Part shown: in pieces, positions 19,544 to 28,130 of the stretch
Layout of the letters: every line of letters starts with the position of its first letter
Position numbering within the stretch: the stretch's first letter is position 1
DNA from: Armatimonadia bacterium
GTDB taxonomy: Bacteria; Armatimonadota; Zipacnadia; Zipacnadales; UBA11051
Assembly (NCBI GenBank): GCA_039683575.1
Contig: JBDKRC010000235.1
Span: 4,100 to 68,099, forward strand
Length of the DNA stretch: 64,000 bases
Direction: 5' to 3'
Notes under the pieces: model-generated
Databases searched by the model: none
Seen by the model: only the letters and a program-made list of their open reading frames with translations
Told to the model about the DNA's origin: nothing
Position numbers and translations under genes: made by a program

Positions 19544-19855
19544 ATGACCACCTACTGCGACGCAGAGGGCTGCGAGAACGAGGCCACCGAGGTCGTCCCG
19601 GTCTCCGTCGGCGAGAATGCCGTCGAACATCGCCGCTACTGCTACCCCTGCTCCGCGGCGTGCCACACGGGGGCACAGCACGCGCGCTTCCGGGCGATCC
19701 GGCGACTGACGGCCCATATGGATTCGCTCAAGAAGCAAGGGTTCGTCACCGAGGCGGGCGTCATCTTCATGGCGCTCCAGAAGCTCGATACTGCGACCGA
19801 CCCCGGCGAGGAGGGGGTGGGGCCGCCGCCCCTCGATGGTCCGGGAGATCAGTAG
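19544..19855 (+). CDS. Small Cys-rich (zinc-finger-like) protein (103 aa).
   Basis: MTTYCDAEGCENEATEVVPVSVGENAVEHRRYCYPCSAACH, with two Cys clusters. Confidence 0.45.
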   Translation: MTTYCDAEGCENEATEVVPVSVGENAVEHRRYCYPCSAACHTGAQHARFRAIRRLTAHMDSLKKQGFVTEAGVIFMALQKLDTATDPGEEGVGPPPLDGPGDQ

Positions 19856-19860
19856 CCGAC

Positions 19861-19895
19861 CCCCCTTGCCCACGGGTGGGGTGAGCCCACCCGTG
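19861..19895 (+). promoter_or_regulatory. Conserved promoter/operator motif, copy 5 (perfect 10-bp inverted repeat CACGGGTGGG / CCCACCCGTG).
   Basis: CCCCCTTGCCCACGGGTGGGGTGAGCCCACCCGTG, followed by AGGAGG and the ATG at 19913. Confidence 0.65.
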
Positions 19896-19912
19896 AGCAG
19901 GAGGTGATCAGG

Positions 19913-20872
19913 ATGCACGAGCGTGTGACACTGACGGACCGTGACAGCCGTGCCCGGCTCATGCGGCAACACGTCGAGGCCGTGGCCCGCTCGATCGTCG
20001 AGGACCACGATGGCGACGAGGTGTTCGCCCGCTACCTCAGCCTGACGAAGCACGTCCACCACTACAGCAGCGGCAATCGGATGTTGATTGCCTGGCAGGC
20101 ACCGGACAGCCGCTTGGTCGCATCGAGGTCGGCGTTCGACGCCGTCGCCAAGGGGCAGGGGCACGAGGGCCGTCAGTTCTCGAGTCGCAGGGGCAGACGC
20201 TGGACGCAGCACGTCACCATCGCCGCCGGGTCGAGGGCCATCTGGGTGTGGGGACCGACGAGGCGGAGCCGCTCCGTCGTGACCACCGACACCGAGACGG
20301 GCGAGGAGACACGGGAGGTCATCCCATTCACCGGCTTCATCCCCGTCGATCTTTGGGCCATCGAGGATGTCCGCTATGCCGACGATGGCGAGCCAATGGA
20401 GCCGCCGGACTTCGTACAACCCATAGAGGACGAGGCGCTGTACCACTCGCTGCTCGCGTTTGCCGAGGACAAGGACATCGAAGTGTGCGAACGGGGCCTC
20501 AACGGGGCCCGTGGCGTCTCGATGGTGGGCCGGATCGGCCTGCAGGCGGGCGACCATTGGTCCCTGCGAATCGGGCCGCTGATCCACGAATTGGGCCACG
20601 AGTTGATGCACGACGTCCACGCGCGGCTGACCGAGCCGAACTACCTGCACGAGCACGAGGCGGAGGCGGTGGCGACGGTGGTGCTGGGCTACCTCGGACA
20701 CCCCACGGCGATCTCTGCCAGTTACCTTAGGAACTGGGGTGCGTCCCCCAGGAACGTTGTCGCCTCGATGGATCGGATCGCCTCCTGTGCGGGAGAGATC
20801 GTGGAGTTCATCGAGCGACGGACCGAGGTGTCGGTCGAGGTCGCACGGGCGACCTCACTGGCGGTGGCCTGA
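19913..20872 (+). CDS. ArdC-like antirestriction protein (N-terminal ssDNA-binding-like domain, C-terminal zincin HExxH metalloprotease domain).
   Basis: N-terminal YSSGNRMLIAWQAPD resembles ArdC_N. C-terminal HELGHELMH matches HExxH. An AGGAGG RBS lies 9 nt upstream of the ATG. Confidence 0.55.
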   Translation: MHERVTLTDRDSRARLMRQHVEAVARSIVEDHDGDEVFARYLSLTKHVHHYSSGNRMLIAWQAPDSRLVASRSAFDAVAKGQGHEGRQFSSRRGRRWTQHVTIAAGSRAIWVWGPTRRSRSVVTTDTETGEETREVIPFTGFIPVDLWAIEDVRYADDGEPMEPPDFVQPIEDEALYHSLLAFAEDKDIEVCERGLNGARGVSMVGRIGLQAGDHWSLRIGPLIHELGHELMHDVHARLTEPNYLHEHEAEAVATVVLGYLGHPTAISASYLRNWGASPRNVVASMDRIASCAGEIVEFIERRTEVSVEVARATSLAVA

Positions 20873-20890
20873 GCGGTGGCGAGGTGGGCG

Positions 20891-21238
20891 CTACTCCCTC
20901 CCACCCGCCGCCTGCAGCATCCGCCGCAGTTCGGCTGCGATCGCCTGACGCACGTCATCGTCGGGCAGCAGGCCTCCACTGTACAGTGCCGCCGGCGGCA
21001 GCAATCCGACGGCCACGTACACTGGCAGACCGTGAGCCGTATCCCACAGTGGCCAGATCATCTCGCCCTCGACGAAGCTCGTGACTGGTTGGCCCCACAG
21101 CTTACGTGCCGCCCGTGCTACCAGTCCCTCATCCAGCCCCAGCCGCACCTGTATCCAGTGGTCCGTGGGGTTCGCCCCCCGCTCCGCCCGGACCTCATCG
21201 GGTGTCGCCGGTCTCAGTTCGATACCTCGCTCACTCAT
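20891..21238 (-). CDS. Hypothetical protein (115 aa), convergent with ardC-like.
   Basis: MSERGIELRPATPDEVRAERGANPTDHWIQVRLGLDEGLVARAARKLWGQP..., with ordinary composition. Confidence 0.4.
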   Translation of the reverse strand: MSERGIELRPATPDEVRAERGANPTDHWIQVRLGLDEGLVARAARKLWGQPVTSFVEGEMIWPLWDTAHGLPVYVAVGLLPPAALYSGGLLPDDDVRQAIAAELRRMLQAAGGRE

Positions 21239-21312
21239 GTCATGGCCTCCTCTGGTCAGTCGTATGCACCCTTATACCGATTGCCCCACCCATCGACCTA
21301 CAACCGACCGAG

Positions 21313-21347
21313 TCCCCTTGTCCACGGGCGGCGTGAGCCCACCCCTG
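21313..21347 (+). promoter_or_regulatory. Conserved promoter/operator motif, copy 6.
   Basis: TCCCCTTGTCCACGGGCGGCGTGAGCCCACCCCTG, upstream of the ATG at 21375. Confidence 0.55.
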
Positions 21348-21374
21348 GGCATCACCCTGACGGGGAGGACGGAC

Positions 21375-21635
21375 ATGAGACGCATCCTGATCGTCTGGCA
21401 CGATCTCGACCACAGCCGCACCGCACATGAGTTCGCCACCGCCGAGGAGGCCGAGGCCTGGCTCAGGGACGTGCTGCAGGAGTACTGCCCGCACGAGGAG
21501 CTGGAACGGGGCGGCTACACGCCCGACGGGATCGGTATGTTGGGGCTGTATCAGGGGGAGGGTCTCGACGACGTCGGCTCGCTCGATGTCTACATCGACG
21601 GCATCGGCGTCGGACCGGAGGCCCTCCGTGAGTGA
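21375..21635 (+). CDS. Hypothetical protein (86 aa).
   Basis: MRRILIVWHDLDHSRTAHEFATAEEAEAWLRDVLQEYCPHEE... Confidence 0.45.
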   Translation: MRRILIVWHDLDHSRTAHEFATAEEAEAWLRDVLQEYCPHEELERGGYTPDGIGMLGLYQGEGLDDVGSLDVYIDGIGVGPEALRE

Positions 21636-22089
21636 GCATCGACGGCTCCTGTTGGGCCCTTGGCCGCCCGAGAACTGGCGGCGGGACGATCGCATCCCGC
21701 TCATGTCCCTCCGCAAGGATCTGCTGTACTGCTTGTTGTCGCGGTGTGGCGAGGTCCTGCCTTGGGAACTGCCGGCGATGACGCCGACAGAGGTGCTGTG
21801 CCGGCTGAACGCGGCGGGACCTCCGCTCGACGACCGGGCCATCCCCGTGATCGAGGGGGTCCTCGAGGCAATGTACCGCGACGGGATCGTGGGACGCATC
21901 CCGCCACCAAGGGTCGGCGAGGCCGCATCCTACGTGGCCCGTGACGCCGCTGAGATGGACCTGCCACGGGGCAAACCGGTGATGCTCCTGCACATGAGGG
22001 ATGGCGTGGAGCGGTCACTGGCTCTGGGGGCCGTCGGCGTCGCGGTGGACGAACTGGCCGATGAACCGACGGCACCACACGGAAGGTGA
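21628..22089 (+). CDS. Hypothetical protein (about 153 aa), GTG start overlapping the previous stop.
   Basis: VSEHRRLLLGPWPPENWRRDDRIPLMSLRKDLLYCLLSRCGEVLPWELPAMTPTEV..., with an 8-nt overlap with the upstream gene. Confidence 0.4.
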   Translation: MSEHRRLLLGPWPPENWRRDDRIPLMSLRKDLLYCLLSRCGEVLPWELPAMTPTEVLCRLNAAGPPLDDRAIPVIEGVLEAMYRDGIVGRIPPPRVGEAASYVARDAAEMDLPRGKPVMLLHMRDGVERSLALGAVGVAVDELADEPTAPHGR

Positions 22090-22382
22090 GCGGGATGCCC
22101 ACGGTCATAGGGCACACGCCGGACGGACGGGAGATCATCCGCCACGACCCCTCTGAGGGCTGCCGCTACCGCTGCCTGACCTGCGGCAACTGGCTGGCGC
22201 GGCGCCGCGAGGTCAGGGGGCACTGGGCCCTGTACTCGGACGGGCACAGCGTGTACGCGGACCGCGCGGGACGGACGTACCATCAGACGGTGGAGGGGCT
22301 GCATCGGAGGGACTGGCCGACTGGCAGTGCCGACCAGGCCGACGGGACGGAGGCCGATGCTCCCGGTGCCACCGGCGGATAG
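22086..22382 (+). CDS. Small CxxC protein (about 95 aa).
   Basis: MPTVIGHTPDGREIIRHDPSEGCRYRCLTCGNWLARRRE... (zinc-ribbon-like). A GGAAGGTG RBS lies upstream. Confidence 0.4.
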   Translation: MSGMPTVIGHTPDGREIIRHDPSEGCRYRCLTCGNWLARRREVRGHWALYSDGHSVYADRAGRTYHQTVEGLHRRDWPTGSADQADGTEADAPGATGG

Positions 22383-22403
22383 GGGTGGGCTGGTAAGGAC
22401 CGG

Positions 22404-22440
22404 CCCCCCTTGCCCACGAACGGCGTGAGCCCACCCGTGG
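22404..22440 (+). promoter_or_regulatory. Conserved promoter/operator motif, copy 7.
   Basis: CCCCCCTTGCCCACGAACGGCGTGAGCCCACCCGTGG, then GAGGAGG and the ATG at 22465. Confidence 0.6.
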
Positions 22441-22464
22441 TCATCACACCCGAGGAGGCGGGGC

Positions 22465-22947
22465 ATGTCCAGATCGTTCAAGCAGAGGTTCCGTAGGGAC
22501 GTATCCGACCTGCTGGCGTCCATCTCGGTGGACCCGGAGCCGCGCCGCACCCTCGTCAGCTGGCCGCTGTTCGACGCCCTCGTCGAGATCGAGGCGGAGG
22601 TCAACAGCCCCCGCACGAACTGGCACCTGGTGGCGGCCCTGACTGGGGCGAAGAGCTACATCGTGACCGTCCCGTATGGCCGCTCCTGCGATGACCCCTT
22701 CTGGGCGGAGGAGCGGGCGGACGATGAACCCTCCATCTACGGGATTCTCGATGGCCTGCACTTCCGTGCGGCTATGCGGGTGGGCGTTCTGGCCTCCGGC
22801 CTCTCGGTGTTCGGCGGCACCGCCGACGGCGTGGAGATCCGGCACGGGGAGGTCGACACGCAGGCGTCACCCGGCAGCCCGACCCTGCGGCTGATCGCGG
22901 CGGAGCGTGCCCGGATCGAGGCGGACCCCGCGGACGACGGGGGATGA
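22465..22947 (+). CDS. Hypothetical protein (160 aa).
   Basis: MSRSFKQRFRRDVSDLLASISVDPEPRRTLVSWPLFDALVEIEAEVNSP... Confidence 0.45.
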   Translation: MSRSFKQRFRRDVSDLLASISVDPEPRRTLVSWPLFDALVEIEAEVNSPRTNWHLVAALTGAKSYIVTVPYGRSCDDPFWAEERADDEPSIYGILDGLHFRAAMRVGVLASGLSVFGGTADGVEIRHGEVDTQASPGSPTLRLIAAERARIEADPADDGG

Positions 22948-22995
22948 ACCGGACCAGATGGACGGTGGGCGTAGCACGAACGACAGGAGACATCT

Positions 22996-23613
22996 ATGAG
23001 CGACCACGATGATGTGTATGAACCCGACGCCGACCCGAAGAACCTGTTCGAACGCCACAGGGCCTCCGGCGAACCGCTGAGCCAGGCCGATGTTGCCGCG
23101 ATCATTGCGGCGGGTCTCGCCGGGAAAGACGAGTTCGACATGACGGGCGGTGGATGCTACCTACACGCCCCGACGTTCCCGGACCCCGACGCCGACACCG
23201 GATCACGGGACCTGCCCCGGCCGCGGGATATGGCCACGGCCGCGGCGTTCCGCGACTGGCTGAGCGGCGAGGTGGACTGGTGGTGCGGGGAAAACGGCCT
23301 CGCCCCCCACGGCGGGGGGGAGAACCTCGGCGACCTGTACCGCGAGTTCGACGTGGCGGATGTGTTCTCAAGGATCGGCGTGACGGCGATTCCCGCCTAC
23401 GACGAGCAGACGCTCTACCTCGTGGGACCGGACGCGGCCTGGATCGCCGCCACGGGGATCGAACTCGGGGGCGAATCGGAGACGCTGTGGCAGGACCCGC
23501 TGGGCAGCCTGCGACTGGACGTACCCGTGAACGAACTCCACACCTACCGCGACCGCCTGCTGCGGCTCGCCGGCGAGATCACCGCCGTCCTGGATCGGGG
23601 GGAGGGACTATGA
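22996..23613 (+). CDS. Hypothetical protein (205 aa).
   Basis: MSDHDDVYEPDADPKNLFERHRASGEPLSQADVAAIIAAGLAGKDEFDMTGGGCYLHAPTFPD... Confidence 0.45.
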   Translation: MSDHDDVYEPDADPKNLFERHRASGEPLSQADVAAIIAAGLAGKDEFDMTGGGCYLHAPTFPDPDADTGSRDLPRPRDMATAAAFRDWLSGEVDWWCGENGLAPHGGGENLGDLYREFDVADVFSRIGVTAIPAYDEQTLYLVGPDAAWIAATGIELGGESETLWQDPLGSLRLDVPVNELHTYRDRLLRLAGEITAVLDRGEGL

Positions 23614-23813
23614 CCGGTACCGTCCTCGACCTGAACGACTTCGGGTCATTCTGGCTGCTGACAATCGCTGCCGAGCGTCGGATCGTGGAGCAGCCCATCG
23701 AGCCCCGTCATATGCGGCACCTGGTCGAGGGGGAGGGGCTGGAATCACCGTACGACCTTGAGGGACGGGAGGTCCAGGTGAGCGACGACGGCATGGCGAT
23801 CCGGCTGATGTGA
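23610..23813 (+). CDS. Small hypothetical protein (67 aa).
   Basis: MTGTVLDLNDFGSFWLLTIAAERRIVEQPIEPRHMRHLVEGEGLESPYDLEGREVQVSDDGMAIRLM. Its ATG overlaps the upstream stop. Confidence 0.35.
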   Translation: MTGTVLDLNDFGSFWLLTIAAERRIVEQPIEPRHMRHLVEGEGLESPYDLEGREVQVSDDGMAIRLM

Positions 23814-23854
23814 GATGGGAGGCACAGGTGACCACACAGATTACCCAGGAGGAA

Positions 23855-24337
23855 ATGATGCGGACAGCGTCACACCGGCTGGCCCTCGCCATCGGGTTCG
23901 ACCGCCCATTGAGCATCGAGGACGTGGAGGAGATCTGCGACCAGGGCATCGCCGATAGCGGAGACTTTCTCCCCGACCCCGAGGACCCGACGGCACATAC
24001 CTACTGCGGCGACCGCTGGGCGGTCGAGTACAGCACCGGGCGGCCACGGCTGGTGGAGGCCATCGAGGTCGGCCCCCACCCCATCGGGCCTGCCACTGCG
24101 AGGGCCGAGCGGGCGTTCGCCCTGATCATCGACATGGTCGATTGCGTCGGCCCGCCGATGACCCAGGACTGCGTAGACCGGATCCGCAGGGAGAGCTGGG
24201 GGGATAGGTTCGGAAGGGCCGCCCAGAGCGATGCCACGGACCAGTTGTTGGACCTGATCTATCGTGACGGGGATGCCCCCGATTCCGAGCGGACCGTTCC
24301 CACCGAGGAGGTGGATCAGAATGAGGAAGAGCGATGA
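23855..24337 (+). CDS. Hypothetical protein (160 aa).
   Basis: AGGAGGAA lies directly before ATGATG (MMRTASHRLALAIGFDRPLSIEDVEEICDQGIADSGDF...). Confidence 0.4.
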   Translation: MMRTASHRLALAIGFDRPLSIEDVEEICDQGIADSGDFLPDPEDPTAHTYCGDRWAVEYSTGRPRLVEAIEVGPHPIGPATARAERAFALIIDMVDCVGPPMTQDCVDRIRRESWGDRFGRAAQSDATDQLLDLIYRDGDAPDSERTVPTEEVDQNEEER

Positions 24338-25568
24338 GCCGCAGGTGGCGGTAGACGCCTCGGAGGAGCGGAAGCGGAGGGCGGAGGAGCGGCTCGTCGC
24401 CGCCTCCAAGATCCGCTGGACACCGAGGGAGCTATCCGAACGTATGGCCGCACAGGTGGTGGGCCAGCAGGACGCCCTCCGCACGATCTCGGTGGCCGCC
24501 ATACAGCACGTGGCCGCACGGGTGCGGAGGATCGCCAGTACGATGCCCCCCGTGCAGCCCACGCGGATTGATCCCATCCTTTGCATCGGGGGCCCCGGAA
24601 CAGGGAAGATGCTGACATGTAAGGTGTTGGGGCTGCAGTTGGGAATCCCGTACCACATCGCCGACGCGGGCCGCATCACCGCCGAGGGGTGGCAGGGCCT
24701 CGGACTGTCGGAGGTGCTTCACCCCCTGCTGACGCAGGCGGCCGGGTACATGGACTACGCCCGCTGCGGGGCGGTCTGCCTCGATGAGATCGACAAACTC
24801 AGGAGGGCAGACATGACCTCACATGGCGGCCGTGATATCTCGGGGGGCGATGCCCAGAACGTCCTCCTGAAGCTGCTCAACGGAGACGTGGTGCAGTTCG
24901 AGGTGTTCGGCGGCCCCAACGGGACCGGCCGGACCATGATCACGTTCCCGACGGATCACCTGCTCGTGATGGCGGCGGGGGCGTTCGAGGGGCTGGAATC
25001 CGTGGTGCTGGATCGCCTCCGGGGTCGCCGGCGGATGGGCTTCGGCGGCGACGATCGCAGGCCGGACGAACTCTCACCGTCGGAGTTGCGGCGGATGGTG
25101 ACCCGCGAGGACCTGCAGACCTACGGTCTCAGGCGGGAGATCTGCTCGAGGTTCGGCCGCATCGTCGTCTTCGACGACCTCGATCGGCGAGCCCTGCGGA
25201 GGATTCTGCTGGAGACGCCGGAGGGGCCATTCTCCACCGTACAGGCACTGGCCAGGTCGCAGGGCTTCCGATTCGATGACTTCCCTCCCGCCCTGATCGA
25301 GGCCATCCTCGACCGCTGCGGCGGTGATGCACGGCGGCTCGCGGGACTCGTGTCACAGGCGACGGAGGCGGCGTTCTACTGCGTACCCGACAGGATCAGG
25401 GCGATGGGCCGCCGGGCGACCGACGGTGAGGTGGTGGTGGGCCTACGGTCGGATAGCCTCGACAACGGCTATCATACGGTCAGGGTCGAACAGCCGGTGG
25501 GCGTGGACGATGACGAGGACGTCGCCCTTCCGCAGCCCCGCCGGGCCCGAACCGCGAGGGGCGGGTGA
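24321..25568 (+). CDS. ClpX/HslU-like AAA+ ATPase (415 aa).
   Basis: ILCIGGPGTGKMLTCKVLGLQLGIPYHIADAGRITAEGWQGLGLSEV...CLDEIDKL...ISGGDAQNVLLKLLNG lines up well with the ClpX Walker A, Walker B and sensor region. A GAGGAGG RBS lies 9 nt upstream of the ATG at 24321. Confidence 0.7.
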   Translation: MRKSDEPQVAVDASEERKRRAEERLVAASKIRWTPRELSERMAAQVVGQQDALRTISVAAIQHVAARVRRIASTMPPVQPTRIDPILCIGGPGTGKMLTCKVLGLQLGIPYHIADAGRITAEGWQGLGLSEVLHPLLTQAAGYMDYARCGAVCLDEIDKLRRADMTSHGGRDISGGDAQNVLLKLLNGDVVQFEVFGGPNGTGRTMITFPTDHLLVMAAGAFEGLESVVLDRLRGRRRMGFGGDDRRPDELSPSELRRMVTREDLQTYGLRREICSRFGRIVVFDDLDRRALRRILLETPEGPFSTVQALARSQGFRFDDFPPALIEAILDRCGGDARRLAGLVSQATEAAFYCVPDRIRAMGRRATDGEVVVGLRSDSLDNGYHTVRVEQPVGVDDDEDVALPQPRRARTARGG

Positions 25569-25823
25569 TCCGTCCCGTCCGCGTTGGGACGTGGTCGGGT
25601 GTCGCTGATTCGGAGCTGGCCAGCAGGGCATCGCAGGTCCCGCTGAGGTAGCGTTACAGAGATGATCCGGGCACCCCGCGCCGACGTGGGTACGGACTGG
25701 GGAGGCCGTTGCATACGACGTCCAATCCCACATGAGACTTTCGCCTTGGGCCCGGGCATCGTATGATAGACCGCGGCAATGGACCCAAAGCCGATTGCCA
25801 GCAACTGGAGGAGGTACCCGCAG

Positions 25824-26618
25824 ATGCCGAACCGACCATCCGAGGGCGAGCCATCGACAGCACGAGCCGTTCCCGTGCAGGGCCTGGAGGCTTGCCCCGA
25901 CCGGAGACGTGCCGTCGCATACCACGAGGCGGGGCATGCGGTGATGGACTGCCTGAGAGGGCGCAGCTTCAGGTGGGTGAGCATCGTCCGCACGGACGCC
26001 TACGCCGGACAGGTTCAGGGGTACGACCTCCCCAAGTGGTTCGAGCCTGACATGGCCTCCGGCCCGGAGTATGACGAGGTGATCGAGACCCTCGTGCTGG
26101 GTCTGCTGGCGGGCGGTGTCGTCGAGGAGGAATACATAGGGATACGGCCCGAGCCATGGTCAGTGCAGAGCGACCTGGAGAAGGCGGTGACGCTCGCCGA
26201 GTGCCTCAGTGGCAGCATCGAGGACACCGAGAACTATTTGGACGAGATGAGGGAACGGGCACGAACGCTCCTACGGGAACACTGGACCGCGGTTGAGACC
26301 CTGGCGACCGCACTCCTGCAGCGCCCGAAGATGAACGGCAGTGCGGCATGCCAGATCATCGAGGCGGCACTGCCAGCGGCGGCGAAGGAGGAGGCCGCAC
26401 GACGCCGTAGGGTATGGGGACGGATCGCTCAGCGAATGGGCAAGGACAGGGCGATCGAGGAGCGTTCCCAAAGGGCGCGGAGGCACTCTGCCTTGGAGAA
26501 CGAACTCCTGAAGGTGCTGAATGAGCACCTCCGCGACCACCCCATGGAGCGGGACGACGTGCTGGCCGTGCTGTGGCATATGGGAGGGCGCGTGCGGGAG
26601 GCGTACAGGTCGGCCTGA
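25824..26618 (+). CDS. Stand-alone FtsH-type (M41) zinc metallopeptidase domain protein (264 aa), no TM or ATPase domain.
   Basis: RRAVAYHEAGHAVMD matches the FtsH HEAGH zinc site (FtsH has AYHEAGHA). A GGAGGAGG RBS lies 9 nt before the ATG at 25824. It immediately follows the ClpX-like ATPase. Confidence 0.6.
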   Translation: MPNRPSEGEPSTARAVPVQGLEACPDRRRAVAYHEAGHAVMDCLRGRSFRWVSIVRTDAYAGQVQGYDLPKWFEPDMASGPEYDEVIETLVLGLLAGGVVEEEYIGIRPEPWSVQSDLEKAVTLAECLSGSIEDTENYLDEMRERARTLLREHWTAVETLATALLQRPKMNGSAACQIIEAALPAAAKEEAARRRRVWGRIAQRMGKDRAIEERSQRARRHSALENELLKVLNEHLRDHPMERDDVLAVLWHMGGRVREAYRSA

Positions 26619-26780
26619 CGGGCGCCTGGCGTCATAGGGTTCCGCTCGTTCACGGCGTCTCATCTCATAATCTCATCGGCGAGGCGGATGAAATGCAGGG
26701 CCGTTATCCGTCCCACGTGGTCGGACCGCGGCCTTTCCACGGGCCCATGGCCGTACGGTGGTGGGGGTGGTGAGGCAGCC

Positions 26781-27050
26781 TCACACCGAGGCCACGTCAC
26801 CATCGAGGCGCCATCCCCTCAGACCGACAGTGAGGCCCCCGTCGTCGGGATTCCCACTGTCGTAGGCGTCGAGGAACAACGTTCCGAGCGGACCATCGGT
26901 GTCGCCGAAGCGCACCGACGCCGCCTCCCCATCCGCCAGGGCCTCCACGGCCCTCACGTCGTCGGGTTCCGGTGCCAAGTTCGGGAACAACTCCAGCAGA
27001 CCGCCGCGGCGGGCCGCGGCAAGCACCTGCTGCAGGGCATTGTCTACCAT
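26781..27050 (-). CDS. Small acidic hypothetical protein (89 aa).
   Basis: MVDNALQQVLAAARRGGLLELFPNLAPEPDDVRAVEALADGE..., with GGAG 6 nt upstream. The overlapping plus-strand ORF 26688-27251 is Arg-rich junk. Confidence 0.35.
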   Translation of the reverse strand: MVDNALQQVLAAARRGGLLELFPNLAPEPDDVRAVEALADGEAASVRFGDTDGPLGTLFLDAYDSGNPDDGGLTVGLRGWRLDGDVASV

Positions 27051-27496
27051 CGGTCGTCTCCAGTGCTCGTATCCGCGGTGGGCACGGCGGGCGGTCGTCA
27101 CCCCGGTGTGGCCGAGGGGCTGATCAGGGCGCGCCGCATACCTTTCCTGTTCGCCGCGACGTCACGTTGTCCTCCGTCCGTCCAACCCGGCCGGGCATCC
27201 GATGAGGAGCACCCAACTCTCCCGCGATGCCGGACGATCGGCTGGACGTGATGGGCCATTCATTAAGTCGAATCGATTATGGGCACGAATCTTCGCTCTA
27301 GGCGGTTGTTCAACTGCGGTGGGGACTGGGATCATCGCCACACCAGGCGGGGCCTGGAGCGCAGCCACGCTCTTGTGACGGCACATCTGAGCGGGGGCTC
27401 GGGGGCTGGCAGTTGAGGGCTACCCGCCAGTCCTCCGCCCCGCCCGTTCGCGACGATCTGGTTCCCGTCCGGCGCGCCATCAGCGGTATTCGACAC

Positions 27497-27703
27497 TCAG
27501 TTCAGCGGCCAACCTGCCATCTTCACGTCTGAACACCCGGTCGCAAGGTGACGCCCTCCTCGTCCCAGAAAGGACCTCTCCGCATCGTGGATGTCCAGGT
27601 TCACCAACGTGCTGCCATCGTCCGACACCCTGGCAGACACCCCATCCAGTTGCACCGTATCCCCGTCCTTCAGTATGAATTCGTCCCCTTCCCTGTATGC
27701 CAT
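27497..27703 (-). CDS. Small hypothetical protein (68 aa).
   Basis: A GGAGGAG RBS lies 8 nt upstream of the ATG (MAYREGDEFILKDGDTVQLDGVSARVSDDGSTLVNLDIHDAERSF...). Confidence 0.4.
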   Translation of the reverse strand: MAYREGDEFILKDGDTVQLDGVSARVSDDGSTLVNLDIHDAERSFLGRGGRHLATGCSDVKMAGWPLN

Positions 27704-27801
27704 GTTGAACACTCCTCCAGTTGGTCCCTGTGCCTGCAGTGGCCCCGCCGCCACCCGCGATGTCCAGGCCCGTTCGGCGGTGCTCCGCCCGGCTGGGGCC
27801 A

Positions 27802-28068
27802 TCATTCGTTCGCGGTCGGGGACTCGCGCGGGGTGCCGAGTTGAACCAGATAGCCATCCTTGGGTTCGAGGACGAACTCGGCGTACTCGGCGCCGCAGCC
27901 GTCGCACCGGACGTACAGCGTCTCCTCATCCTCATGGAACACCTCCCGCATAGACCAGTCCTGAGTCGTCTCGCTGGTGTTGCTGACCGCAAACTCCACC
28001 ATGTTGCGGCATACCGCGATCAGGTCCTGCTCGCCGCAGGCGGGGCACGTATCGATGGGCTTGCTCAC
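27802..28068 (-). CDS. Small zinc-ribbon protein (about 88 aa).
   Basis: Two CxxC pairs (CPACGEQD ... CDGCGAEY). A GTG start is preceded by GAGGGAGA. Confidence 0.4.
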   Translation of the reverse strand: MSKPIDTCPACGEQDLIAVCRNMVEFAVSNTSETTQDWSMREVFHEDEETLYVRCDGCGAEYAEFVLEPKDGYLVQLGTPRESPTANE

Positions 28069-28130
28069 GTCATTCACTCTCCCTCGCAGGTATGTGCACA
28101 GGCGGGATGACCGGTCGGCTCCCTTGAGAT

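Noticed and set aside
19403-20701. 432-aa minus-strand ORF overlapping the ArdC-like region
   Set aside because: Antisense to well-supported plus-strand genes (RBS, motif-defined promoters, HExxH domain). The composition is junk-like.
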